Positions 9,357 to 19,331 are shown, numbered from the stretch's first letter. The stretch is 57,370 nt of DNA from Candidatus Moraniibacteriota bacterium (GCA_023133275.1 JAGLWU010000027.1:1-57370), one strand, 5' to 3'. Notes: generated by a model not told the origin, from the letters alone. Numbers and translations are program-made.

Positions 9357-10466
9357 GTGATGTCTTGGGAATTTGAGGAATTATTAATCAATAAAAAAAT
9401 AGTAATGAAGAAATTTTTAGTTTCATCTTTAGTTTTATTTATGACCTTTCAGTATGTAAATGCTGAGAGTGACTTTAAATCTGCTGAAGATGAGGTTAAT
9501 TATTTGAGAAATGATGAGAGGGTTGATGAATTAGAAAAAAGAGTTGATCAGAGTTTGGATAATTTGGATTCTAAAGTAAAAGATTGTAATGTTGAAAATG
9601 ATAAATTGAATAATATAGAAAAAGAGTTAGAAATTAAATCGGATCATATTAGTTCAAGTTGGAATTTTCTTAATTGGATGACTGCTTTGTTTAGTGTAGT
9701 TGTGGGGGTTATTGGTTTCTCGAGTTATTCAAGGTATAAAAATGCCATTAAGGAGATAGAAAAAATTAGAGAAGAAGCAAAAGAGAAAGCAAAAATAATT
9801 ATTGATGAATTAAATGATGTTGGAGGTAATGCAGAAAATAGAATGAAAGAAATATCAAAAAAAGAAATTAATAAATTCGTTTTATATTTTAGTGGAATAA
9901 ATTATTATAAAAATAATGAATATGAAAATGCTATAAGATATTTCAGTAAAGCTATTGAAAATTATCCAGATTTTTTTGAAGCATTTTATAATAGAGGAGT
10001 TGCAAAAATTAAATTGAACAATTATGTAGGAGCTATTGAAGATTTAAATGAGGCTATTAGGTTAAATCCTAATTATTGGATAGCTTATACAAATAGGGGA
10101 ATTGCAAAAATTAAATTAGAAAATTATGAGAATGCTATAGAGGATTTTAATAAATCTATTGAATTAAATCCGAATGATCCTATAGATTTTAATAACAGAG
10201 GAATTGCAAAAATTAAATTAGAAAATTATTCAGAGGCCATTGAAGATTTTGATGAAGCTGTTAGATTAAATTCTAATTTTCCAAGTTCTTTTTACAATTT
10301 AGCCTGTACTTATAGTTTGTTAGAAAATTTTGATAAGGTAAAAGAAAACTTAGAAAAATATAAAAGTTTAATAAAAATTGATAAGGATAAATTTGAAAAT
10401 GAATCAGATTTTGATAATTTTAGAAAAGCAGAGTCTGAATGGTGGAATAGTTTTATAAATTCATAA
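9357..10466 (+). CDS. Secreted/membrane-anchored TPR-repeat protein
   Basis: Signal-peptide-like MKKFLVSSLVLFMTFQYVNA, so the true start may be the ATG at 9405. Multiple 34-aa TPR units follow (AIEDLNEAIRLNPNYWIAYTNRGIAKIKLENY…). Confidence 0.65.
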   Translation: MMSWEFEELLINKKIVMKKFLVSSLVLFMTFQYVNAESDFKSAEDEVNYLRNDERVDELEKRVDQSLDNLDSKVKDCNVENDKLNNIEKELEIKSDHISSSWNFLNWMTALFSVVVGVIGFSSYSRYKNAIKEIEKIREEAKEKAKIIIDELNDVGGNAENRMKEISKKEINKFVLYFSGINYYKNNEYENAIRYFSKAIENYPDFFEAFYNRGVAKIKLNNYVGAIEDLNEAIRLNPNYWIAYTNRGIAKIKLENYENAIEDFNKSIELNPNDPIDFNNRGIAKIKLENYSEAIEDFDEAVRLNSNFPSSFYNLACTYSLLENFDKVKENLEKYKSLIKIDKDKFENESDFDNFRKAESEWWNSFINS

Positions 10467-10470
10467 ACTT

Positions 10471-10492
10471 AAAAAGTCCGTGCGGCGAGCAC
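10471..10492 (+). repeat. 21-nt GC-rich intergenic motif
   Basis: AAAAAGTCCGTGCGGCGAGCAC, 5 nt after the TPR gene stop and 107 nt upstream of ychF. Confidence 0.8.
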
Positions 10493-10598
10493 TATTTTGA
10501 ATAATGTGCTTTAATAATAGTTAAAGATTAAAAGTGTTTTTTTAAGTTTCGAAATCTAGTTATTGATAGCTAGATACTAATTACTAATAGATAAAATT

Positions 10599-11651
10599 AT
10601 GGCATTGCAAGTTGGAATTGTTGGTTTACCAAATGTGGGGAAGTCGACTTTGTTTAAGGCGATTACTAAAAAAGCGGTGGATATTAATAATTATCCGTTT
10701 TGTACGATTGAGCCGAATGTTGGTGTGGTTGAGGTTCCGGATGAGCGGATGGAAAAATTGAGTAAGCTTTCTGGTTCGCGGAAAATTATTCCGGCGATTA
10801 TTGAGTTTGTGGATATTGCGGGATTGGTTGAAGGTGCGTCGAAGGGTGAAGGTTTGGGAAATAAATTTTTGGCGAATATTCGTGAGGTGGATGCAATTAT
10901 TCAGGTGGTGCGTGTTTTTGAGAATGGAAATATTACGCATGTGCATGATAATGTTGATCCGATGCGAGATATTGAAGTAATTGAAACTGAATTGATGTTG
11001 GCGGATATAACGACGGTTGAGAAAACGATTGCTCGAGTGGAAAAATTAGTTAAAAGTAATGACAAGAATGCAGTTTCTCAATTGGAATTGGTGAAAAAAA
11101 TTCAAGATGCTTTGAATGATGGGAAGTTGGCTCGAACTGTTGAATTTGATTTTGAGCATCAACCGAGTAGTCAGATTATTGGGGAGATGAGTTTGTTGAC
11201 GATGAAGCCGATTCTTTATGTTTATAATGTTTCTGAATTGGAAGAATCTTTGGATTCTGAATTGGAGAATAGACCGCATGTGAAATTGGATATTAAAATT
11301 GAGGAGGAACTTATGGATTTGAGTGTGGAGGAAGCTACGGAGTTGGAATTGGTTTCTCATTTGAGTGATTTGATTAAGGAGGCTTATGCTTTGTTGGGAT
11401 TGCAGACTTATTTTACGACGGGCGAGGTGGAGACTCGAGCTTGGACGATTAGGGTTGGTGCGACGGCTCCTGAGGCTGGGGCGGCGATTCATACTGATTT
11501 TCAGGAGAAGTTTATTCGGGCGGATGTGGTGCATTGTGATAAGTTGGTTGAATTGGGTTCTTGGGGTAAGGCTCGGGAGACTGGTGATTTGCAGACGGTG
11601 GGGAAGGATTATGTGATGGTGGATGGTGATGTTGTTGAGTTTAGGGTTTAA
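10599..11651 (+). CDS. ychF: Ribosome-binding ATPase YchF (Obg-family)
   Basis: G1 motif GIVGLPNVGKSTLF, a central coiled-coil insertion and a C-terminal TGS domain. Internal antisense ORFs are artefacts. Confidence 0.9.
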   Translation: MALQVGIVGLPNVGKSTLFKAITKKAVDINNYPFCTIEPNVGVVEVPDERMEKLSKLSGSRKIIPAIIEFVDIAGLVEGASKGEGLGNKFLANIREVDAIIQVVRVFENGNITHVHDNVDPMRDIEVIETELMLADITTVEKTIARVEKLVKSNDKNAVSQLELVKKIQDALNDGKLARTVEFDFEHQPSSQIIGEMSLLTMKPILYVYNVSELEESLDSELENRPHVKLDIKIEEELMDLSVEEATELELVSHLSDLIKEAYALLGLQTYFTTGEVETRAWTIRVGATAPEAGAAIHTDFQEKFIRADVVHCDKLVELGSWGKARETGDLQTVGKDYVMVDGDVVEFRV

Positions 11652-11665
11652 CAATTTTTTGGAAA

Positions 11666-11706
11666 ATAAAAAGAGCGACCTCTGAGGTGGATCGCTCGTA
11701 GTTTTC
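11666..11706. terminator. Bidirectional terminator hairpin
   Basis: GAGCGACC…GGATCGCTC stem. The sequence CGACCTCTGAGGTGGATCG recurs at 18909-18929. Confidence 0.55.
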
Positions 11707-11730
11707 GGATGAAAATAATCTTATGGCTTT

Positions 11731-11997
11731 TTAGCCGTTGTGGATTTGTCTGCCAGTTTTTTTCTTTTGTGTTATGGAGGAAAAAAGCTCGTGGAGAGAT
11801 GTGCCATTCATTGTGACTTTATTGAATTTGACGGTGTAAGTATTCCTCTTTTTTGTAACATTCAGGTGTTTTCCTCCTTGCACATTACAAGTTACAGTGA
11901 CGAAATTTGTATTAAAATCGTCGACGTTAGCTTTGCCGAAGAAATCATTAATTGTTTGTCTAATTTTCAGATACTCAGTTCCAGAAAAGTTAGTCAT
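11731..11997 (-). CDS. Hypothetical small protein (88 aa)
   Basis: On the minus strand with a GGGG RBS about 8 nt upstream of ATG. Ends at the bidirectional terminator. The overlapping + frame 11740..12015 has no start signals. Confidence 0.35.
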   Translation of the reverse strand: MTNFSGTEYLKIRQTINDFFGKANVDDFNTNFVTVTCNVQGGKHLNVTKKRNTYTVKFNKVTMNGTSLHELFSSITQKKKTGRQIHNG

Positions 11998-12162
11998 TGT
12001 ATTCCCCTTTTATAGAAAATTTATTTTTTTTAGGGTTTTTATTTGGTTATTTTTGCTAACCAAAACCTAATAAATAATTTTACATCATCATCATCATTTT
12101 AGCAAGCTAAATTTTTGTGATAAACTTAAAAAAGATAAGTTATAAAAATAATTCATAAAATC

Positions 12163-14367
12163 ATGAAAAAAAGAATAATAATTTTGGGAGTAATAATCTT
12201 AATAATAATCGCTTCAGTTTGGGCAGGGCTAAAGTTTTTTAAAAAACAAATAATTACTTTTGAAACAGTGAAAATAATCTCTTTCGATTTAACAAAAAAC
12301 AGTCACGTAAAAGATGAATCAGTCGCATCAGGAACAATTATTTCCAAAGACGGATTAGTCCTAACCAATCATCACGTAGTAACAGACGAAAACGAAGAAA
12401 ATTATGAAGTGTTTGGAATTTGCATTGTTGAAGACGAAGAGAAAAAACCAAATTGCACGTACACCGCATCTTTGATCGCAAAAAATGAAAGTTTAGATAT
12501 CGCTTTGTTACAAATAAATGACAAAGATATTTTTAGTGAAGATGTTAAAAATTTTAACTATTTAGATTACAAAGGCAAAAAAATTGGAATGGATGAGGAG
12601 GTAAATGTAATCGGTTTTCCGGTGATCGGAGGAAAAACAATTACTTCAACGCAAGGACAAATTAGTGGTTACGAAGAAAAAGAAGGGACTAAATTTTTAA
12701 AAATAGATGCAAAGATTGATCAGGGAAATTCTGGCGGAACGGTAAAAAATTCTCAAGGGAAGTTTGTGGGTGTGCCATCTTTTTTGAAAAGTAATTATGA
12801 GACGTTGGGTTACATTATTCCCTTGGAGGCGGTGCGGGATTTTATTGAAGAAAATGTTGAAAAAGATTCAGAAAAAGATGAAATGGCAATTGATTTGTTA
12901 AATAAGTTTTTGCAGAAAAAATATGATGCGGAAGAAAATCGGATTTATCGTTCTAGCTTTTATCCATATTTTGAAGTAAATATTCCAGAGGTTTGGGAAG
13001 TTGAGTATGTTAATGCGGAAAGTATTTTTTTGAAACAGATAATTAGTGGTAATGATTTAGTATTTTCAATAAGAATGGGGCGAGGTAGTTTTGATTTACC
13101 ACAAGAATATATTAATATTAATTTAGAACGAATAGAAAAAAATAAACATCAGTTAAAAAATTACAACAGAAAAGATCTTAAATTTAACGAATTTGATGGA
13201 TTTAAAATTGAGTCTGAAATGATGGGTGAAAAAAGAGCTATTTTTGTAGGAATAAGAGAAAATGCATTATTGTCTTATAATTATAGTTATTCTGTGGAAA
13301 TTGAAAGTGAAAGTAAAGAAATGATTAAGGAAATTTTAGATTCCATGACTTTTTTAGATAAAGAAAATGATACTGAAAAAAATAAAAGGCAGGGATTTAA
13401 CAAAAATCCAAAAGCCAGTATTGAAACTTTTGATAGTTTTTATATTTCTTATATTGATAATAATATAGAAGATCAAGATTTATTATTTTATATCACTTCT
13501 CCAGATTTTGTTGAAATGAAATTTCAGATTTCTGAGAAGTTTTTACCGAGAGATTTTTGGAACATGTCGGAGGAAGAAATTTTTGATAAACGTTTGCAAG
13601 GATTATCTCGAACTTACGCTATAACGGACAAGTATAAAAATATTCAAATAAATGGAATGAAAGGTTTTGGATTCACTTATTCCTACATTTTTGATGATGT
13701 AAAAAAGCCGCACAAAGTTACTCAAATTTTTCTTTTCAAAAATAACAAAGAAGTTATAGAAATTATTTTTGACGATTTAGAAAAAAATCACGATGAAAAT
13801 ATTAAAACTTTTGTGAAAACCATTAGTACTTTTAAATATGAAAATAATGAGGGTGAAACTGTTTTGCCTCAGTTTAAAGCAATTTATAATGATTTGAAAA
13901 ATTATTTGTATGAAAGTGAAATTGGTAGTTTGATTAATCATGGAATTTTGGATTTTGAAGGAGAAAGTTTTATGCCAGAAAAAAGTATTTTAGGTAAAGA
14001 AGTTTTATTTTTTATTTTAAAAAGCAAAGTTTTTATTGAAAAAGGTAGAAATTCAACGAAAACTTTGGATGCGATTAAGATTGAAGGATTTTTTGGTTAT
14101 GCTGAAAGCAAAAAAATTATTGACACATCATTTAATCAAGAAGGAAATATTAATTTGGGTAGTGCGTTGAAAATAATGTGTAAAGTTTATGAATTGCCAG
14201 TTTGGGAGCCACCTTATGTCATTGAGGAAAACCTGCCTTATTTTAACAGGTGGTCTTCTATGAATGTATCAGTTAGCGTAGGTCGGAATGAGGTTTTGAC
14301 TAGAGGTAAGTTTGCAGCGGTTTTATATTATTTCATGCAGTCGGCGGGAGAGCGAAGGGATTTTTAG
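12163..14367 (+). CDS. Membrane-anchored trypsin-like (S1) serine protease with a ~500-aa C-terminal extension of unknown function
   Basis: N-terminal TM, catalytic triad context TNHHVV, DIALLQI and DQGNSGGTV. No PDZ domain. The C-terminal two-thirds has no recognisable motif. Confidence 0.65.
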   Translation: MKKRIIILGVIILIIIASVWAGLKFFKKQIITFETVKIISFDLTKNSHVKDESVASGTIISKDGLVLTNHHVVTDENEENYEVFGICIVEDEEKKPNCTYTASLIAKNESLDIALLQINDKDIFSEDVKNFNYLDYKGKKIGMDEEVNVIGFPVIGGKTITSTQGQISGYEEKEGTKFLKIDAKIDQGNSGGTVKNSQGKFVGVPSFLKSNYETLGYIIPLEAVRDFIEENVEKDSEKDEMAIDLLNKFLQKKYDAEENRIYRSSFYPYFEVNIPEVWEVEYVNAESIFLKQIISGNDLVFSIRMGRGSFDLPQEYININLERIEKNKHQLKNYNRKDLKFNEFDGFKIESEMMGEKRAIFVGIRENALLSYNYSYSVEIESESKEMIKEILDSMTFLDKENDTEKNKRQGFNKNPKASIETFDSFYISYIDNNIEDQDLLFYITSPDFVEMKFQISEKFLPRDFWNMSEEEIFDKRLQGLSRTYAITDKYKNIQINGMKGFGFTYSYIFDDVKKPHKVTQIFLFKNNKEVIEIIFDDLEKNHDENIKTFVKTISTFKYENNEGETVLPQFKAIYNDLKNYLYESEIGSLINHGILDFEGESFMPEKSILGKEVLFFILKSKVFIEKGRNSTKTLDAIKIEGFFGYAESKKIIDTSFNQEGNINLGSALKIMCKVYELPVWEPPYVIEENLPYFNRWSSMNVSVSVGRNEVLTRGKFAAVLYYFMQSAGERRDF

Positions 14368-14391
14368 AATTCATTTTTTTTGAATAATTAA

Positions 14392-15549
14392 ATGACACTT
14401 AAAAACAATTTAAAATATATATTTGGACTTTTAGCTGGAATGTTTTTGGGTGGTTTGGCAATTTTTCTGTTTTCCAATCTTGTTCAAGTAAATGTTCAGT
14501 CAGTAAAAGGAGAAAATAAAAATATAATTTCGGAAATAAAAAAAGAAAAAAATAATACAGAAATTCAAGAAAATATTAAAATAGAAAATTCTTCAGCAGG
14601 AGAAAAGTTAGAGGAAAAAAGTTCAGTGCCAATAAAAATGTTATTCGGTGGCGATGTGATGTTGGATAGGCAAACTCGTTTAGACATTTCTAAAAAAGGT
14701 GCGGGATTTTTAACAGAAAAAATTAAAGATGTTTTTCAAGATCAAGATATTGTCATGATTAATTTAGAGGGTGCGGTAACTTCCAATTCTTCAGTTTCAA
14801 ATGTTCCAGTGAGTAATCCAAATCACTTTCGATTTACTTTTGACAAAGAACAGGCGAAACAATTTTTATCCCTGAATAATGTAAATATTGTCAGTGCTGG
14901 AAATAATCATATTTTAAATTTTGGACAAAGTGGTGAGCAGGAAACCCGAAATTTTTTAGAAGAAAATAAAATTTCCTATATTGGCATGCCGAGTATGCAG
15001 GAAAATAATTCTGTGATTAAAAAAATTAAAGGTAAGAAAATTGCTTTTGTGGCTTATAATTATTCAGCAGGATTAAGTTTAGAAAAAGTTATTGAAGAGA
15101 TTGAAAATGCAAAAAAGAAAAGTGATTTTACGGTGGTTTATGCACATTGGGGTTCAGAATATCATTTGCAGGAATCTGGTCATCAAAAAGATGTTGCTCA
15201 TAAATTTATAGATGCAGGGGCGGATTTAATTATCGGTTCGCATCCTCATGTTGTACAACCGATTGAGATTTACAAGGATAAAACTATTTTTTATTCTTTG
15301 GGTAATTTAGTTTTTGATCAGTATTTTTCTAAAGATGTACGGGAAAGATTGATAGTTAATTTACTTTTTGAAAATGATAAAATTAGTTTTGTTTTAGTAC
15401 CACTTTATACGAATAATTATGGGCAGTTGGAATTGATGGATTTGGAACAGCGAAAAGTTTTTTTGAATCGGATTGCTGGTGATTCTAGTGTGAGCGAAGA
15501 AATGAAAGAAAAAATTAGGAAAGTAAGTTTTTCTTTAGATTTAAAGTGA
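14392..15549 (+). CDS. CapA/PgsA-family metallophosphoesterase (poly-gamma-glutamate synthesis-type)
   Basis: N-terminal TM, then MLFGGDVMLDR, the CapA hallmark. Downstream GNNH and HWG..EY metallophosphatase motifs. Confidence 0.7.
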   Translation: MTLKNNLKYIFGLLAGMFLGGLAIFLFSNLVQVNVQSVKGENKNIISEIKKEKNNTEIQENIKIENSSAGEKLEEKSSVPIKMLFGGDVMLDRQTRLDISKKGAGFLTEKIKDVFQDQDIVMINLEGAVTSNSSVSNVPVSNPNHFRFTFDKEQAKQFLSLNNVNIVSAGNNHILNFGQSGEQETRNFLEENKISYIGMPSMQENNSVIKKIKGKKIAFVAYNYSAGLSLEKVIEEIENAKKKSDFTVVYAHWGSEYHLQESGHQKDVAHKFIDAGADLIIGSHPHVVQPIEIYKDKTIFYSLGNLVFDQYFSKDVRERLIVNLLFENDKISFVLVPLYTNNYGQLELMDLEQRKVFLNRIAGDSSVSEEMKEKIRKVSFSLDLK

Positions 15550-15578
15550 CAGTTTTAAATCGTTAATTACAAATTAAA

Positions 15579-15651
15579 GGGTCATTAGCTCATCTGGTAG
15601 AGTACATCCATGGCATGGATGAGGTGGTCGGTTTGAGTCCGACATGATCCA
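15579..15651 (+). tRNA. tRNA-Ala (anticodon GGC)
   Basis: Cloverleaf by eye: acceptor GGGTCAT/ATGATCC with the G3:U70 Ala identity pair, D-arm GCTC/GAGT, anticodon stem CATCC/GGATG with loop ATGGCAT (GGC), T-arm GTCGG-TTTGAGT-CCGAC. CCA is not encoded. Confidence 0.85.
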
Positions 15652-15783
15652 CAAAAATATAATTTTTATTTTTTAGCACTTCTTTAATTTTTTTAGCTGA
15701 TTAAGACTAAATATTGATACAAAATTATTTTTTCCAACTTTGTCAGAAATGTTGTATAATAAAAGTAAATTAAAAACAAAAAT

Positions 15784-17505
15784 ATGAAAATAGACAATTT
15801 ACATTTATACGATTATTTATTAGAACAAGATTTAGTCTCAGGACATAAATTAGATGAATACTTCACAAAAGCACAAGACAAAAATATTCAGCTGATCGAA
15901 ATTCTAGTCAAAGAAAAAATATTTAGTCAATCACGAATGTTGCGTATCATTGCAACGGTTCTAGGATTTAAATTTATAGATTTATCACAAGTAAAAATTT
16001 CCAATAAAATCATAAAATTAATTCCCAAAAAGACTGCTGAAAAATTTTGTGCGGTTGCTTTTGAAAAGAAAAGAAATATTTTAAAAGTAGCGACTTGTGA
16101 TCCAGAACATTCCGAACTTTTTCAATTTCTAAAGAAAAGAACGAAATTGAAAATAGAATTTTATCTTGCTGAAAAAGAATCAATCAAAAAATCTTTATCA
16201 CAATATGTGAAAAAAATATATTTAGCCGATGTTTCCAATGATAAATTATTTGGGGAAGTTAGTAGCATTGATCAAAAAATTGATAGAGAAGAGTTTATTA
16301 TTCGAGTAGTTGATGTAATTATTTCTCATGCCATTATAGATTTAGCAGGTGAAATTCAAATTGAAAACAAAAAAGGACAAACGATTATTTGTTATCGAGT
16401 TGACGGAGAATTGGTGGAAAAAATACTTTTGCCAGATGATATTTTTGAAGAAATTACTGAAGTCATTAAAATTATGGCAAAGTTGAACACACGAGTTGAA
16501 AATTTTTATCAGAACGGAAATTTTGTTATTGAGAAAAATAATGTTGAAACTTTTTTTCAGGTTAGTATTATTCCAGATTTATTTACGGAGAGAATTATTA
16601 TTCGTCTTGATGACAATGTTAATGATAATTTGTCTTTAGAAAAAATTGGTTTGGCGAAAAATAATGTTGAAACTATTTATAAAGCAATTCGAAAAAATCA
16701 CGGAATGGTTTTACTTTCCAGTCCAAATGGTGGTGGCAAAACAATAACTTTTTATACTCTTTTGGGACTGATAAATTCTTCAGATAAAAATATTTCAACC
16801 ATTGAAGATCCAGTGGAAAAAAATATTAATAAAGTTAATCAGATTCAAGTTGATGTTCTCAATGGAATAAATTTTAAAAGTGGATTATTTTCTATTTTTA
16901 ATCAAGACGTGGATGTTATTGGTGTTGGTGAAATTTTAGATGAAAGTACTTTGGAAACTTCATTAGATGTGGCTAATTCGGAAAAATTAGTTTTAGCGAC
17001 AATGTATTCTAATTCGGCTATAAATGTTATTCAGAATATTTTTGAATTGGATGTTGATTTGGCTTTGGTGGCAAAAAATATAAATTTGATTGTTTCGCAA
17101 AGGTTGGTGAAAAAATTGTGTGTGCATTGTCGGGAGAAATATTTTTTAAGTGAAGAATCTGTTCACACTTTAGGAAAAAAATATGATTTACCTAGAATTC
17201 AGAAGATTATTGCTAGTAGAAATGATTTTGATGGTCATATAAATTTGCTAGAATCTCCATTTTACAAATCGAAGGGCTGTAAAAAATGTGGAGGTAGTGG
17301 TTATCAAGGACAATTAGGAATTTTTGAGATTTTAAAGCCATCAAATCGGGTTCGAAAATTAATTGCACGAAGAGAGCGGACTGAAAAAATTCGGGAAATT
17401 ATTTTAGCGGAAGGATTTGAGACAATGATTGATGATGCGTTTCATAAAGTTGTGCAAGGTGTTACAGATTTTAAAGAGATTGGTGGAATATTTAATTCGA
17501 AGTAG
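15784..17505 (+). CDS. pilB: Type IV pilus / type II secretion assembly ATPase (PilB/GspE family)
   Basis: GspE-N-like N-terminal domain, P-loop SSPNGGGKT with an unusual Ser at the first Gly position, Asp/Walker-B boxes DVIGVGEILDE, and a tetracysteine motif CVHC…CKKCGGSGYQG. Confidence 0.75.
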   Translation: MKIDNLHLYDYLLEQDLVSGHKLDEYFTKAQDKNIQLIEILVKEKIFSQSRMLRIIATVLGFKFIDLSQVKISNKIIKLIPKKTAEKFCAVAFEKKRNILKVATCDPEHSELFQFLKKRTKLKIEFYLAEKESIKKSLSQYVKKIYLADVSNDKLFGEVSSIDQKIDREEFIIRVVDVIISHAIIDLAGEIQIENKKGQTIICYRVDGELVEKILLPDDIFEEITEVIKIMAKLNTRVENFYQNGNFVIEKNNVETFFQVSIIPDLFTERIIIRLDDNVNDNLSLEKIGLAKNNVETIYKAIRKNHGMVLLSSPNGGGKTITFYTLLGLINSSDKNISTIEDPVEKNINKVNQIQVDVLNGINFKSGLFSIFNQDVDVIGVGEILDESTLETSLDVANSEKLVLATMYSNSAINVIQNIFELDVDLALVAKNINLIVSQRLVKKLCVHCREKYFLSEESVHTLGKKYDLPRIQKIIASRNDFDGHINLLESPFYKSKGCKKCGGSGYQGQLGIFEILKPSNRVRKLIARRERTEKIREIILAEGFETMIDDAFHKVVQGVTDFKEIGGIFNSK

Positions 17506-17560
17506 AATTTAGATTTACAGTTATTGATATTTTAGAAAGGCGTATTTTAAATAATTTTTT

Positions 17561-17586
17561 TGTACTCAATGCACGGGCTTTTTGGC
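17561..17586 (-). repeat. Degenerate copy of the 21-nt motif, reverse orientation
   Basis: GTACTCAATGCACGGGCTTTTTGG against the reverse-complement consensus GTGCTCGCCGCACGGGCTTTTT. Confidence 0.45.
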
Positions 17587-17845
17587 TTTAATATTTTAAA
17601 CCCTTGCAAAATTTTACAACTTCCTAAATATGTCATTACGGAAAATAATTTTGGAATGAAATGAAAAAATTATTTATCTGGAATCCATACTTTCAGTTTA
17701 AAGAAAATTTAAAGCACAGCGTTTCTCTGAGACCCTGAACAAATTATTTCATTTTTCTGCGAAAACTAAAATAATTTTTCAGGATGACATTGCGATGAGA
17801 GAATTAGAAAATTTTTATAATTATATTTTAATTTAAAACAATAAA

Positions 17846-18889
17846 ATGAATTTTTTCAAAAAAAACTTTTTTAATTCTAAAAATAAAATTGGTGTTGACA
17901 TCAGCGACAATTCCATTAAGTTTGCTCAAATTGGAAATAATAAAAAAAATAATATTTTGCAAAAGTTTGGTAATTTTTCTTTGGCGAAAGGGGATGTGAT
18001 TGACGGAAAAATTGTGAATGAGAAAAATGTGAAAAAAATTATTAAAGATGCCTATTTTAAATTAAATTTGGATTCCAAAAAAATAATTTATTCAGTGCCA
18101 GAAAAAAATGTTTTTCATCGGACAATTATTTTATCTCAGATCAATGAAAATAAAATTGATGAGGTGGTGAAATGGGAAATAAATTCGGACAGGCAAGAGG
18201 CGGTTGAGAATTTTTATTATACTTGGAATATTGTTGATTATTTAGAGGAGGAAGAAAAAAGTGTGGTGGACATTTCTTTCGTTTCAAAAAATATTGTTGA
18301 ACAAATGAATAGAATGTTCACTGATTTGAATTTGCAAGTTCTGGGTTGTGAATTTGAGTCGAATACTTATTTGAATTATTTGCCACGTGATAAATTTGTG
18401 AATAAGTCTTTGTTAATTATTGATGTTAGTGATAAGAATTCTAATTTTACGATTTATGATAAAGGAAGTGTTAAATTGACTGTAGATAATTGTTTTTCTT
18501 CTGATTTGATGACTGATATTTTGGCAAAGACTTTTAATATTTCTTTTGATGAGGCGGAAAAAATGAAACAGACTCAAGGTATTGGTCAAGTTTTTAATAA
18601 TGATCATTTTTTTAACGCTGTTCAGCCGGTGGTGGACGGGATAGTTATGGATGCGAAAAATTTGGAGAATTTTTATTTGGAGCAGAATAATTTAGGTAAT
18701 TCAATTGATGATGTTTTAGTTGTGGGTGGTGGTGCTAGGATGAAAGGGTTGTCGAAATATTTGGCGTATCGGTTGGAAAAGCGTGAGATTTCTTTGGGTC
18801 GACGGGGTGATGTTTGTGTGGATGGTTTGGACTTGAGAGAGAATGAATTAGCACAATATGTAGTGGCGATTGGAACGGCTTTGAGTTAA
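17846..18889 (+). CDS. pilM: Type IV pilus assembly protein PilM-like (actin-fold ATPase)
   Basis: N-terminal IGVDISDNSIKFAQI, typical of PilM/FtsA-like actin folds. C-terminal VVGGGARMKG. Confidence 0.55.
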   Translation: MNFFKKNFFNSKNKIGVDISDNSIKFAQIGNNKKNNILQKFGNFSLAKGDVIDGKIVNEKNVKKIIKDAYFKLNLDSKKIIYSVPEKNVFHRTIILSQINENKIDEVVKWEINSDRQEAVENFYYTWNIVDYLEEEEKSVVDISFVSKNIVEQMNRMFTDLNLQVLGCEFESNTYLNYLPRDKFVNKSLLIIDVSDKNSNFTIYDKGSVKLTVDNCFSSDLMTDILAKTFNISFDEAEKMKQTQGIGQVFNNDHFFNAVQPVVDGIVMDAKNLENFYLEQNNLGNSIDDVLVVGGGARMKGLSKYLAYRLEKREISLGRRGDVCVDGLDLRENELAQYVVAIGTALS

Positions 18890-18904
18890 ATTTTTTGCAA
18901 ATAA

Positions 18905-18935
18905 AAAAACGACCTCTTGAGGTGGGTCGTCGCAA
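18905..18935. terminator. Bidirectional terminator hairpin
   Basis: CGACC…GGTCG stem with loop TCTTGAGGTG. Same sequence family as the hairpin at 11672. Confidence 0.5.
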
Positions 18936-18965
18936 CTTTCAGTGAAGGTTTAACCTGTGTTACAG

Positions 18966-19325
18966 TTATATAATGAGTTGTTCAGCATATTCGAGAAGTT
19001 CATTGGTTACTCGAAATATTTGAGGCATACCGTTTTTGAGGAGAGTTTTTGCAGGAGCTTTCAGATTACCTGTATACTCTTCCATTATGATATACTTTCC
19101 ACTAAGAACAGTGTTTAACTCGCCGTCTGCCCAAGTAAAGGCATCGCCGTGTTTTTTGAAATTGTCTTCGCATGAAATAATAATTTGCGTGGCAGTATCT
19201 TCAATTTTAGCCTTTTGCCAGTAACTTCCCATCATTCCGTAAGGATTTTTTCTTAAAGAATTAGCGATTTTGTTCAATAATTCGATGTTCATTTTGTATT
19301 CTCCTTGGTTGGGTTTCATTAGCAA
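18966..19325 (-). CDS. Hypothetical protein (119 aa)
   Basis: Minus-strand ORF lying 6 bp downstream of the 19332..19628 ORF. No recognisable motif. Confidence 0.4.
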   Translation of the reverse strand: MLMKPNQGEYKMNIELLNKIANSLRKNPYGMMGSYWQKAKIEDTATQIIISCEDNFKKHGDAFTWADGELNTVLSGKYIIMEEYTGNLKAPAKTLLKNGMPQIFRVTNELLEYAEQLII

Positions 19326-19331
19326 TAAGAG

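Noticed and set aside
10626-11654. Antisense and alternative-frame ORFs inside ychF (10626..10946 -, 11046..11654 -, 11386..11616 +)
   Set aside because: They lie fully within a high-confidence YchF coding region. Their translations are low-complexity R/L/N-rich with no motifs, typical of open antisense frames in a locally GC-richer gene.
11740-12015. + strand 91-aa ORF overlapping the minus-strand ORF 11731..11997
   Set aside because: It would start immediately after a terminator with no promoter or RBS. The minus-strand alternative has an RBS and a convergent-terminator context. Only one of the two can be real, and I kept the minus one at low confidence.
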